Below are positions 35,285-43,280 of a stretch of 51,055 bases of DNA, in pieces; positions within the stretch are counted from its first letter, which is position 1, and each line of letters begins with the position of its first letter. The notes below the pieces were generated by a model that saw only the letters and a program-made list of their open reading frames with translations, had not been told where the DNA came from and searched no databases. The stretch lies in IMG/VR virus record IMGVR_UViG_3300000115_000001. One strand, 5' to 3'. A program made the position numbers and the translations under genes. This DNA comes from a virus.

Positions 35285-36801
35285 CAGTAGACATAGTGTT
35301 TATCTGTTTCAGGTTGTAACAAGAATACGTTCTCCTTTGCTCGGGTCACTGCGACATAGAACAATCGATGTTCTGGGTCTGGATTCGCGTTGTAGGCATT
35401 CCATGTTTGGAAAGTCATGTCCGGACACACCACCACATTTTCGCACTCCATTCCCTTGACTCCGTGAATGGTAGAGATCGAGATGCGAGGGGAAGTGTCT
35501 CCATTCTGTATAAATGCATTGATTGTGTTACGTTCTAGGGCCGATAGCTTAGTCAATTGCAGGTCCCAGGGCTCAAATCTGTATAGACCTAACTCTTTTG
35601 CGTCATTTGTTGACAGCTCAGCGTCGTGCGGCAGGTCCTTAAGGTTCTTCAGGAGCCCTGGTTTGTATTCCTTGCCCGCCTTCATGTAACGGACGATGCT
35701 GGCCAGCTCCCCCGCCGCAATCATCTGGGTCTCATAGAAGTGGTGCCATGCCATAGCTCTCTCAAATAACTGGGAGTCAAAGACGGTGGGTCTGTTCATT
35801 CTATACATGAAGCCCAGCTTCATTAAATGCTGCTCGAACCGAGTGAAGAAGTGCATGTTCCTACACAGAATCATCCATGTCCCTTCAGACATATCTATTG
35901 ACTCCAGAGTTACACCTGGGGACACCTCCCCAGCAGTTCCCTGTCTGGGAACTATTTCTTTATCTATTCGTTTGGTTAGCTTGGTCACTATGGACTGACT
36001 AAGCTCCTGGACACGCTGGGGCACACGATAGGATTGGGTGCGAAGCTCAGTGTGAGCGGATGGCAGGTCGATAAGAACCGATGGATCGGCCCCAGCGTAT
36101 TCATAGATTGCTTGGTCGTCGTCTCCGGCGATATAAATTTCCTTTGAGAAGCTCGCTATGTGCTCTATAACGGCCCACTGTAGTAAAGTGAGGTCCTGGG
36201 CCTCATCTACGATCAAAGCGTCCACAGTCATGCGTGGGGCACGTGCTAGGAAGGTTTCTAGCATGTCTGTGAAGTCTACCTTACCATACTGGGTCTTGTA
36301 GGTCTTAATGGTGCGGTCTACGAACTCCAGCTCTGCCATCTTGAAGCGATTACGCTCAGGATATTCAAAGTAGGCTTCTTCCACAGTTATACGGCGATTA
36401 CGGGCCAGAGCTATACAGCTCATCAGGTAGTCTCCCTTCCTGATTTGTCGTGGGACCAGGAGGTTCTCTCCTGAGTAGGACTGTGCTTGGGGGGAAAAGC
36501 TGATGCCAGTGAGGTGAGCTATCTCAAACCAATCCTTGTTTTGCATTAACTCACATGAACCCATCATTCTATAGCACAATGAGTGCATGGTTCTAAAGAA
36601 CGGAAACTGCTTCTCATTCAAAGAGAATTTAAGACAAGCTCTATCCCGTGCCTCATAGGCACCAGCTCTGGTAAATGTTGTGAAAACTATACGATCTGGG
36701 GCGATTCCTCTGTTCAACAGGGTCTCCACCACATCCAGCAGACGCGTTGTTTTCCCGCAACCCGCCGGAGCGACGATTTTTGTGACCTTGGCATTATCCA
36801 T
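35284..36801 (-). CDS. UvrD/PcrA-like SF1 helicase
   Basis: Walker A APAGCGKTT, LIVDEAQDLT, TIHGVKGMECENV, YVAVTRAKENVFL. Confidence 0.85.
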   Translation of the reverse strand: MDNAKVTKIVAPAGCGKTTRLLDVVETLLNRGIAPDRIVFTTFTRAGAYEARDRACLKFSLNEKQFPFFRTMHSLCYRMMGSCELMQNKDWFEIAHLTGISFSPQAQSYSGENLLVPRQIRKGDYLMSCIALARNRRITVEEAYFEYPERNRFKMAELEFVDRTIKTYKTQYGKVDFTDMLETFLARAPRMTVDALIVDEAQDLTLLQWAVIEHIASFSKEIYIAGDDDQAIYEYAGADPSVLIDLPSAHTELRTQSYRVPQRVQELSQSIVTKLTKRIDKEIVPRQGTAGEVSPGVTLESIDMSEGTWMILCRNMHFFTRFEQHLMKLGFMYRMNRPTVFDSQLFERAMAWHHFYETQMIAAGELASIVRYMKAGKEYKPGLLKNLKDLPHDAELSTNDAKELGLYRFEPWDLQLTKLSALERNTINAFIQNGDTSPRISISTIHGVKGMECENVVVCPDMTFQTWNAYNANPDPEHRLFYVAVTRAKENVFLLQPETDKHYVY

Positions 36802-36830
36802 TTTCGAAAAATCCTATTTTTGTGTTTTCA

Positions 36831-36845
36831 CCCAATTGTAAAAAA
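36831..36845 (-). promoter_or_regulatory. Second copy of the 15-mer CCCAATTGTAAAAAA, 30 nt upstream of the UvrD-like gene; candidate middle promoter
   Basis: Exact match to 3303..3317. It lies in the 54-nt gap between the prim-pol and helicase genes, and TTTACAATT occurs twice here on the minus strand. Confidence 0.35.
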
Positions 36846-36855
36846 ATTGTAAAGA

Positions 36856-38394
36856 CTAAAATACGTCGTCTTCGACTATTACGTCATTATACCGTCCCGA
36901 TTCGCTATCGACATTAGCTGTGGGAACTCGCCAACATCTAATAGATCGTCCTTCCACTTTTCGAACGGTTGATTCTGCTTGAAGCCGTCCTTTAAGAGAA
37001 GCAATGATTCGGGAGTGATCGAGTAACTTGAACCTTTGAATTTCCAAGTATTTTTCAAAGCTTTGTAGTTTAAAATAGATATTCGTGCCGTCATCGTAGG
37101 ACACGTCTCTGATGAGATTCTCGGGTAGCTCAGTAGGTGGCCGTGACGATAGATATTCCCGAAGCAGTTCTTCCAACCTGCCTTCCGGAGTATCCGCATC
37201 AGATATTGCCACCTCTGTAACGTGCTCCAGAAGGTCGTTGACGTTTTCCAGCCATTTATTGGGTTTCGGTATAGGAGGCATGGCATTAAGTGTTTCCATA
37301 TATCTTCGCTGAAAAAGTCTTGGATTTTGGAGCTGCTCCGTAGAAAGACTGATACGTTTAGTCCCTCCTTCAGTTTTAAGGTCTAAAAGCCAGAGTGGTG
37401 GAGATGTATTGTATTTAGTGAGGCTGCGATTGCCCTTGAATACACTGGATTCTTCATCAATTCCATAAGCCCGCTTTTTGCAGGCAGTAGCATTGCAGAA
37501 GTTGCAAAGCGGCGATGTCTTACACCCATATCTATAATCTTTATTTTCATAACTCTTTACCGTCCTTTTTACTTCTTTTTCGCTGAGGGGCTCTGCCATC
37601 TTGGAGTTAAGCTCCATAGCTTTTTCTTCCAAGCTCCCTTCTGGATTTTTCTTTCTAAGGTAAACAAGTGCGTTTGCGAGCGAGATGTTACGATTATTTG
37701 ATACTCCGTTTGCCCAGATTGTCTGAAGGCAGGGGGGCCCATCCGAGAAAAGCCCACCTTCGAGTTCTGCGGGTTGGAATTCAGACAGGAAACCAAGTGT
37801 GATTCGGCTGCTTTCAACGAAGGAGATCCAAGCTTCAATGTCTATTCCTTCCCCATTTTTTCCTAAGCCGTAAGTAGTTGCACTGCTCCCCCCAAAATAA
37901 GGGAGATTAAGCCAGTTACCACAATCTGGGACACCATCGCCCGTTTGAACCTTCGTTTGCTTTGGGAAAATTTCTGACTTGGAATACCCAAGAACTGCCG
38001 CGATGCGAGCAAGTTCGGGTACCACATCCTCAGCACTATAATAAGCGTCAAAGAAGATGTATATATGCATTCCGCCAGACTTAGATCTGACAATACGAAC
38101 AAAGGGAATGAGAGCATAGATATTAACAGCAAGTTCCTGTAGATCTCCCGTATAGTCATCAACATCAATTGCTCCCCATGAGCAACTTGACTTGCTATTA
38201 ATCGGGGCGAGGCCCACGCCGACACGCCGTCCCAGGTGTTCTTTGAAATCTGCGAGAGTGGCTTGCCGTCTCTCAGTCCAATAACGATACTTAACTTTAA
38301 AATTCTTAGTAGACTCATCTTTTAATTCCATTGCACGGCCCACAGCGAGGTCCGTTGGTTTGTAGAGATCAAATAGCTTTTGTTCAATTGTCAT
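36856..38394 (-). CDS. Primase-polymerase (archaeo-eukaryotic primase superfamily) candidate
   Basis: WGAIDVDDY and SKSGGMHIYIFF fit the AEP DxD and sGxH catalytic motifs. 512 aa. Acidic C-terminus ...VIVEDDVF. Confidence 0.6.
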   Translation of the reverse strand: MTIEQKLFDLYKPTDLAVGRAMELKDESTKNFKVKYRYWTERRQATLADFKEHLGRRVGVGLAPINSKSSCSWGAIDVDDYTGDLQELAVNIYALIPFVRIVRSKSGGMHIYIFFDAYYSAEDVVPELARIAAVLGYSKSEIFPKQTKVQTGDGVPDCGNWLNLPYFGGSSATTYGLGKNGEGIDIEAWISFVESSRITLGFLSEFQPAELEGGLFSDGPPCLQTIWANGVSNNRNISLANALVYLRKKNPEGSLEEKAMELNSKMAEPLSEKEVKRTVKSYENKDYRYGCKTSPLCNFCNATACKKRAYGIDEESSVFKGNRSLTKYNTSPPLWLLDLKTEGGTKRISLSTEQLQNPRLFQRRYMETLNAMPPIPKPNKWLENVNDLLEHVTEVAISDADTPEGRLEELLREYLSSRPPTELPENLIRDVSYDDGTNIYFKLQSFEKYLEIQRFKLLDHSRIIASLKGRLQAESTVRKVEGRSIRCWRVPTANVDSESGRYNDVIVEDDVF

Positions 38395-38404
38395 AGAAAG
38401 AGCA

Positions 38405-38429
38405 GGTGGGGAGGTTACGCCTCCCCACC
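38405..38429 (-). other. 10-bp stem-loop GGTGGGGAGG-cgtaa-CCTCCCCACC between the SSB-like and prim-pol genes; weak terminator/attenuator or protein-binding hairpin
   Basis: Read directly. On the minus strand the loop displays CGTAAC, the same core as the control-region iterons. The downstream T-tract is weak (TGCTCTTTCT). Confidence 0.45.
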
Positions 38430-38456
38430 CTTTTAGGTTGCCAGGTCCCTTATGGC

Positions 38457-39212
38457 CTAAAACACTTCGTCTGGTTCTACAGCCGCATCCCCACCAGAAT
38501 CTGGAAGAGAGAGTTGCTCACCAGGAGTGGGCAGTGCAGTGATTGCTGCTTGCTGAGTTGCGAGACAGTCCTCAAGGACCTCTGCATCATCTTCTAAGCT
38601 CTGAACATTACCCGCAGCAACACTCCAACAGAAGAAATTTCCTTTATCATTCCGCTCCGCAGTCCTGTCGAGCATGTAGCTCTGGCTGAAGAGAAATGGA
38701 ATCATATCGGTTTCGTCTGGGTATTTGAAACGTGCGATTAGTTTGTTCAGGGGGCGACCAGCCGTTCCTAGGCTAGTGCTACTGAATACAAGAATACCTT
38801 CTGTCCACTCTCCGTCTTTCAGGAACTTAATCCCGTAATACATCGTGTAGATAAGGTCGTTGTCCCCGAGGAACTCCTTATATTGGTTGTCTGGAGAACC
38901 CTTACGATAACGCGCATCCGCCACGATGGACAAAGGGTGGTGGCCCACGAGGCCGCCTCCAGCAGTGCGCGGTCGCCACTCTGCGTAGAGTGTCTTCTTT
39001 GCAATGACCAGGATTTCTACGGGACGAGGAAGCACCTCCCCCGTTGCAGCGAATACGATATCCCCTGCGCGGGCTCCTTCAATGTGCTTGTCCTCACCAT
39101 CGATTAGCTCAGGTGAGTTAGCTTGAAGCAGCTTTAGTATTGGCATGGAATCGGCAGGATCGAGTTGATCCATACCTACGCCATTTAATCTATCTTGTAG
39201 TGACTGTGACAT
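38457..39212 (-). CDS. Hypothetical replication-module protein, 251 aa; possible ssDNA-binding protein
   Basis: Located in the replication module. The acidic C-terminal tail ends in an aromatic residue (...DAAVEPDEVF), as in SSB or T7 gp2.5 tails. No fold evidence. Confidence 0.65.
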   Translation of the reverse strand: MSQSLQDRLNGVGMDQLDPADSMPILKLLQANSPELIDGEDKHIEGARAGDIVFAATGEVLPRPVEILVIAKKTLYAEWRPRTAGGGLVGHHPLSIVADARYRKGSPDNQYKEFLGDNDLIYTMYYGIKFLKDGEWTEGILVFSSTSLGTAGRPLNKLIARFKYPDETDMIPFLFSQSYMLDRTAERNDKGNFFCWSVAAGNVQSLEDDAEVLEDCLATQQAAITALPTPGEQLSLPDSGGDAAVEPDEVF

Positions 39213-39218
39213 ATATGT

Positions 39219-39755
39219 TTACTTGAATGTTACTCGCTGTCCTTCATAGACACCGAATTTTTCTTTGGGGAGATCAGCCCCTTGTTCGATTTGTTCCCGC
39301 ACAAACGCTTTGAGCGTGGACGGGTGAATCTTATCTTCTACAATAACGTCAATTCCAATATCGGACAGAGCACGCTTGGCAGCAGTCCCTAGTTCCGACT
39401 GTCCCTTTGGTAAAGCGACAGAGAAACCAGACTTGATGATACCATCGTGGTTGTTTGCTTGGAGCCATTCAATGGCGTCAGACCAAGCGGCTTGAGGAAT
39501 CTTAGCGTTGTAAAATTTGGTGAGAGAGATCTTGGTGCCATCATGCAGCACAATCTCTGTGATGCCCAAGTCCTCCATTTGTTCTGGGAGCATAACTTCA
39601 GCGATCTGATTGTAGTTAGCTTTGGCCTGAGCCAGTTCTTGCTCCTTTTCCTTAACAATAGTGTGCTTCTGCTTCATAGCAGAGCCGAGTTTCTTGATTA
39701 GATCAAGTTGTGAGTCCGCCATTTCTTCGACGGGTAGAGACATTTGTTCGCTCAT
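39219..39755 (-). CDS. Hypothetical protein, 178 aa, N-terminal coiled coil
   Basis: Clean ORF in the replication module. No diagnostic motif. Confidence 0.7.
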   Translation of the reverse strand: MSEQMSLPVEEMADSQLDLIKKLGSAMKQKHTIVKEKEQELAQAKANYNQIAEVMLPEQMEDLGITEIVLHDGTKISLTKFYNAKIPQAAWSDAIEWLQANNHDGIIKSGFSVALPKGQSELGTAAKRALSDIGIDVIVEDKIHPSTLKAFVREQIEQGADLPKEKFGVYEGQRVTFK

Positions 39756-40252
39756 TTAGTGAATCGGGTTGGGTCTTGTGAGATTAATTCCTGAACATTA
39801 TCAAACCTATAGTTTGGTAAGTCAAGAATTGCTATTCGGTCTTGAGATTTGCGTTCCGCTTGGATCTTCTCGTGGAAGTGCCACATCTTGATCTCCTTGG
39901 TCTCGGGGTGCTGGTTCATCAACCAACAATCTCGGCCAAGCATAGTTCTCCGAAGGAGCCATTGAAACTGGGATGGTCGGATACGTGGGTGGGCCGCCGC
40001 TTGGGCCTTCAGTTCCACCCAGAACTCTTGCGAGATCAAAGTCTTTTTGTCTTCTAAGAAGCGATAGGACACGACCGATAAGTCGGGAATGCCTGCCATT
40101 GTGGAGCTTTCCAGACGGATCATATCCCACCACGGCCCAGGAGGTTTTGGTCTGTGAGATTTTAGCGATTGGTAGAATTTGGTTTCGGGTTTATTCATAT
40201 TATTTTTTACGTAACTTAGGGTAACTATGTACGCCTTTGTAGCCTCGGTCAT
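39752..40252 (-). CDS. PD-(D/E)xK nuclease (VRR-NUC / resolvase-like)
   Basis: The motif GIPDLSVV ... EFWVELKAQ fits PD...(D/E)xK. Confidence 0.65.
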   Translation of the reverse strand: MTEATKAYIVTLSYVKNNMNKPETKFYQSLKSHRPKPPGPWWDMIRLESSTMAGIPDLSVVSYRFLEDKKTLISQEFWVELKAQAAAHPRIRPSQFQWLLRRTMLGRDCWLMNQHPETKEIKMWHFHEKIQAERKSQDRIAILDLPNYRFDNVQELISQDPTRFTK

Positions 40253-40385
40253 TGGGGCTGCCTAACTTGATTGCTCGTTCCCGTGACATGTGAGAGTTGT
40301 CAATACTAGATTCGTTATACTCCAACAAACGCCAGAGAGGGCGAGTGTTAGTAAACAGCCAGTTATTTGTTAGGCGATCATTCAT
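40200..40385 (-). CDS. Questionable small ORF, 61 aa
   Basis: It fills the gap after the polymerase stop but overlaps the nuclease gene by 53 nt. Confidence 0.3.
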   Translation of the reverse strand: MNDRLTNNWLFTNTRPLWRLLEYNESSIDNSHMSRERAIKLGSPNDRGYKGVHSYPKLRKK

Positions 40386-40386
40386 T

Positions 40387-42333
40387 TTACCAGTGGGTTC
40401 CTAGTTCACAGTCAGCCTTAGTTGGTAGTTCTAAGTCAACTGCATTTTCCATTAAGTATTTGATTCGGTCTGCTTCTTCTTGTCCTGATACCGAATAATT
40501 AAGTTCATCATGGACCTGAGAAATGGGGATTCTTCCAGTCTCTCGAAATACGTCCACCATAGCAGCTTTCGTCTGATCTGCCGCGCTTCCCTGAATGACT
40601 GCGTTTCCCGCTTTGTTGGTAAATGCTCGTTCAAACTGGTCATGGTTTCCCTCGAAGAACTCTTGAGCTTTTTCGAGTGTTTCAAAGACTCCTCCTGCGT
40701 GCTTGAGCCACCAGTATTTTGAGTCCATCTTTCCGGAGAGTTCTCTCTGTCTTGCATCGCGTTTGTATTCCCAGTGTTTACTTGATTGCCATTTCTTGAA
40801 GCGGCGTTTCCGTCCAAGGATTGTCTTCACGTATCCCCGACTACCAGCCCGCTTCGCAGTTGCTTCAGAGAACAACTTCATGAAAGGACACTTCTTCATG
40901 AGTGGTGCGAGGATGGTGTTCTGTGCTACTTCTTCAGAAACTCCGAGACCTTCAGAAAGTTTTTTGACACCCATACCATAGGATAAACCAAGATAGATTG
41001 TTTTGGCTTGGTTGTAGGTGCAATTTGCCGAGTCCTGTATAAGATGATACAGCTTCTTTCCTTCGGCGACATAGTTCTTAGCCTCCTCAGCTCCGCGAAG
41101 CTTAAGTCTAAGGCCATAGTGTATTTGGAGTCGGGGCTCTTGGCTGTCGTAGTCAGCCCCCAACCACTGTTCCTCCTCTTCGGGTAGATAGAGTGCACGT
41201 AACCGTTTTGCATCAACAAATTGAGACCGTTTTGGGCTTTGTTGGAGGTTATGTCCTCGACAGGCAAGCCGTCCTGTAGCAGTGCCGCCTTCGTCAGATG
41301 CAAGTTGCTTGTAGTGTGGGAATACTCTCCCTCCAATACTGTCGTCAATAATTCTTTTACGAACGTATATTGAGCGTAGACGAGAAAGTTCTCTAGCATT
41401 TGCAACGCGTCGTATATCTGGGTCTTCGTGTTCTCTGAGAAATTCTTTTGGGAAGCTTGGTTGACCATTTGGGTTTCCTTTGGTTGGTGGTGTTCTTGGG
41501 TGGGTTAAATTCTTCTTTTCAAACATGTGGAGCAAGAATCCTTGCGTCCATAAATCATCGGCAGAAATGCCAATTTTCTTTAACAACTTCTTTTCCTGAC
41601 TCCCCCACTCATCATCGAGCTGGATAGCTGCCTCCATGTCTATGCGGACGCCGCGTTCCGCCATAGCTAAGAGGATCGGAAGAACCTGGTGTTCGAGTTC
41701 CAGGATCTTCTCGACCCCCTCGGAGCGAATTAAAGGTAGTTGTTTCTGGTAGATGTCGTAAGTTAGGCGGGCATCCATTTCGGCGTATGGGCCTACGTAT
41801 TTCGCGTGGAGTTTCCACATCTCTCCTTTCGGATCGACGCCGAAGGTGCTTGCAGCCGTGCGTAAATCTTTTTCATCTTTTCCGATGCCCAGATAATCTG
41901 TAGCAAGGGCATCAAGGGAATATGAGCGACGTTCTTCATCAAGAAGAGGTTCAACTAGCTGGACATCCCTGATGGAACATTTCGGATCGATACCTTCTCT
42001 CCTCAGCCACCCTAAGTCATATTGTGCGTTGGCTAGGAGGATGGTTCCAGTGTAGGTCTGGAGTTCGTCCTTCAACCAGCGTAGAGTCATATTCGGGTCT
42101 AGGTTCCCACCGCCAAAGTGCCTGATTGGATAGTAGTTCTCCCAGTCGCCAGCTGCCAAGGCAATGCCAACTATTTGACCGTCGCCAGTGGTCCAACCAG
42201 GCCCGAGGGTTTTTAAATGGGGGTCTTTGGTCTCCAGGTCCAAAGCAATAAAAGGTTCCTTTTTGAGAGATATAAATTGCTGTGGGGCCGTCCATGAGCT
42301 TTTTGGCGGAAATAGGTCGAGTTGTAGAGACAT
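40387..42333 (-). CDS. polA: Family-A DNA polymerase with N-terminal 3'-5' exonuclease domain
   Basis: Exo I IALDLETKD and Exo II NAQYDLGWL. Motif A LGADYDSQEPRL, motif B QAKTIYLGLSYGMG, motif C SQVHDEL. Confidence 0.92.
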   Translation of the reverse strand: MSLQLDLFPPKSSWTAPQQFISLKKEPFIALDLETKDPHLKTLGPGWTTGDGQIVGIALAAGDWENYYPIRHFGGGNLDPNMTLRWLKDELQTYTGTILLANAQYDLGWLRREGIDPKCSIRDVQLVEPLLDEERRSYSLDALATDYLGIGKDEKDLRTAASTFGVDPKGEMWKLHAKYVGPYAEMDARLTYDIYQKQLPLIRSEGVEKILELEHQVLPILLAMAERGVRIDMEAAIQLDDEWGSQEKKLLKKIGISADDLWTQGFLLHMFEKKNLTHPRTPPTKGNPNGQPSFPKEFLREHEDPDIRRVANARELSRLRSIYVRKRIIDDSIGGRVFPHYKQLASDEGGTATGRLACRGHNLQQSPKRSQFVDAKRLRALYLPEEEEQWLGADYDSQEPRLQIHYGLRLKLRGAEEAKNYVAEGKKLYHLIQDSANCTYNQAKTIYLGLSYGMGVKKLSEGLGVSEEVAQNTILAPLMKKCPFMKLFSEATAKRAGSRGYVKTILGRKRRFKKWQSSKHWEYKRDARQRELSGKMDSKYWWLKHAGGVFETLEKAQEFFEGNHDQFERAFTNKAGNAVIQGSAADQTKAAMVDVFRETGRIPISQVHDELNYSVSGQEEADRIKYLMENAVDLELPTKADCELGTHW

Positions 42334-42374
42334 TGTTCAGTTCACTAGTTTCATGTCATCATTTCTGTCAAGCA

Positions 42375-43280
42375 TCAAACTCCCGAACCAATCATCGGGT
42401 ATTGGTACTTCTTCGTCTCGGAGAAACTCGTTCGTTGGAAGTTCTTCTGTCCCGAAGAACGATTGATGGTATGATTGTTGACTGGGGTTGTATCTTTTTT
42501 TTTTAAATTCTCCAGCCACTCTTCGGGGAACTCTGCATCGATAGCCAAGAGATACATCTCAAGGAGAGCCACAGTAGTTTCCTCAGTTACTCCGGAGTTC
42601 TCATACATCTCACGGAGGCTCCCGATGTCAATAAACTCAGAGAGATCCGCTTCATATTTGGTTCCTGCATATGTAAGACGAACGTCTACATCCAGAACCT
42701 TATCGCCCATCTTGCCCAGTGTGATATGGATGCCATCTTTATCGATCTCATCCTGGTTATCAGTGCCGGAGGCGAAAGCTTTGGAGCTACAGTGGTGGTG
42801 GACAGTGCCCCCCACGATCCATTCTGGTCCCCAGAGGTCGCGTTGCTTGTCAAATTCGGGATCTTCGGTATCAGCTTCTGTGTGCATTCCCATCATAAAC
42901 TGAGGAAATACCCAGATGCCCCACTCTTGTGTGTCCATATTGAACATCAAGTTAAGTTGAGCCTCTTCACCCTTATGGACCACATGGGTCTTCCGCATAA
43001 AGCCGAGGACCTGTGCCCAGACATCCAGACCAATCTTCTTACCTTTGTAAACTAGGGAAGCAGATTTCAACTCAGGCAGTTTGTGCTGACGATAACCTTT
43101 GAAAAGGTCATCTTCAAACTCAGTGTAGACTCTACCCTTGTGCTGAAACAGCTCTGGGGAGGTTCTCTCGTTGTTCTTCAGTTCCTGGGTCTTCTGATTC
43201 ATCTTCTGGGAAGACGTATTCTTCGAGTTGCCGCCCTTCGGTTTTGAAGAGTTCTTTGATGTTGTTTTTGATCGCTTCAT
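42375..43280 (-). CDS. JAB/MPN+ (JAMM) metallopeptidase-domain protein (start 43280 or 43202; C-terminus ambiguous at an A10 run)
   Basis: Complete JAMM motif HHHCSSKAFASGTD (HxH-x7-S-xx-D; 42759..42800) with upstream acidic residues (KGEEAQ). Confidence 0.8.
   Translation of the reverse strand: MKRSKTTSKNSSKPKGGNSKNTSSQKMNQKTQELKNNERTSPELFQHKGRVYTEFEDDLFKGYRQHKLPELKSASLVYKGKKIGLDVWAQVLGFMRKTHVVHKGEEAQLNLMFNMDTQEWGIWVFPQFMMGMHTEADTEDPEFDKQRDLWGPEWIVGGTVHHHCSSKAFASGTDNQDEIDKDGIHITLGKMGDKVLDVDVRLTYAGTKYEADLSEFIDIGSLREMYENSGVTEETTVALLEMYLLAIDAEFPEEWLENLKKKDTTPVNNHTINRSSGQKNFQRTSFSETKKYQYPMIGSGV

Noticed and set aside
34733-35290. 185-aa plus-strand ORF antisense to the SNF2 helicase, and same-strand alternative frames 33931..34347 and 34465..34869
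   Set aside because: The helicase frame carries Walker A, DExx and motif VI. The alternatives have no motifs and biased composition.
40926-41468. 180-aa alternative-frame ORF inside the DNA polymerase gene
   Set aside because: The polymerase frame carries all the exo and pol motifs. The alternative is a shadow ORF.
42495-42504. T10 run on the plus strand as a terminator T-tract
   Set aside because: There is no preceding hairpin, and it lies inside a minus-strand coding region. It is more relevant as an A10 slippery or homopolymer site in the JAB gene.
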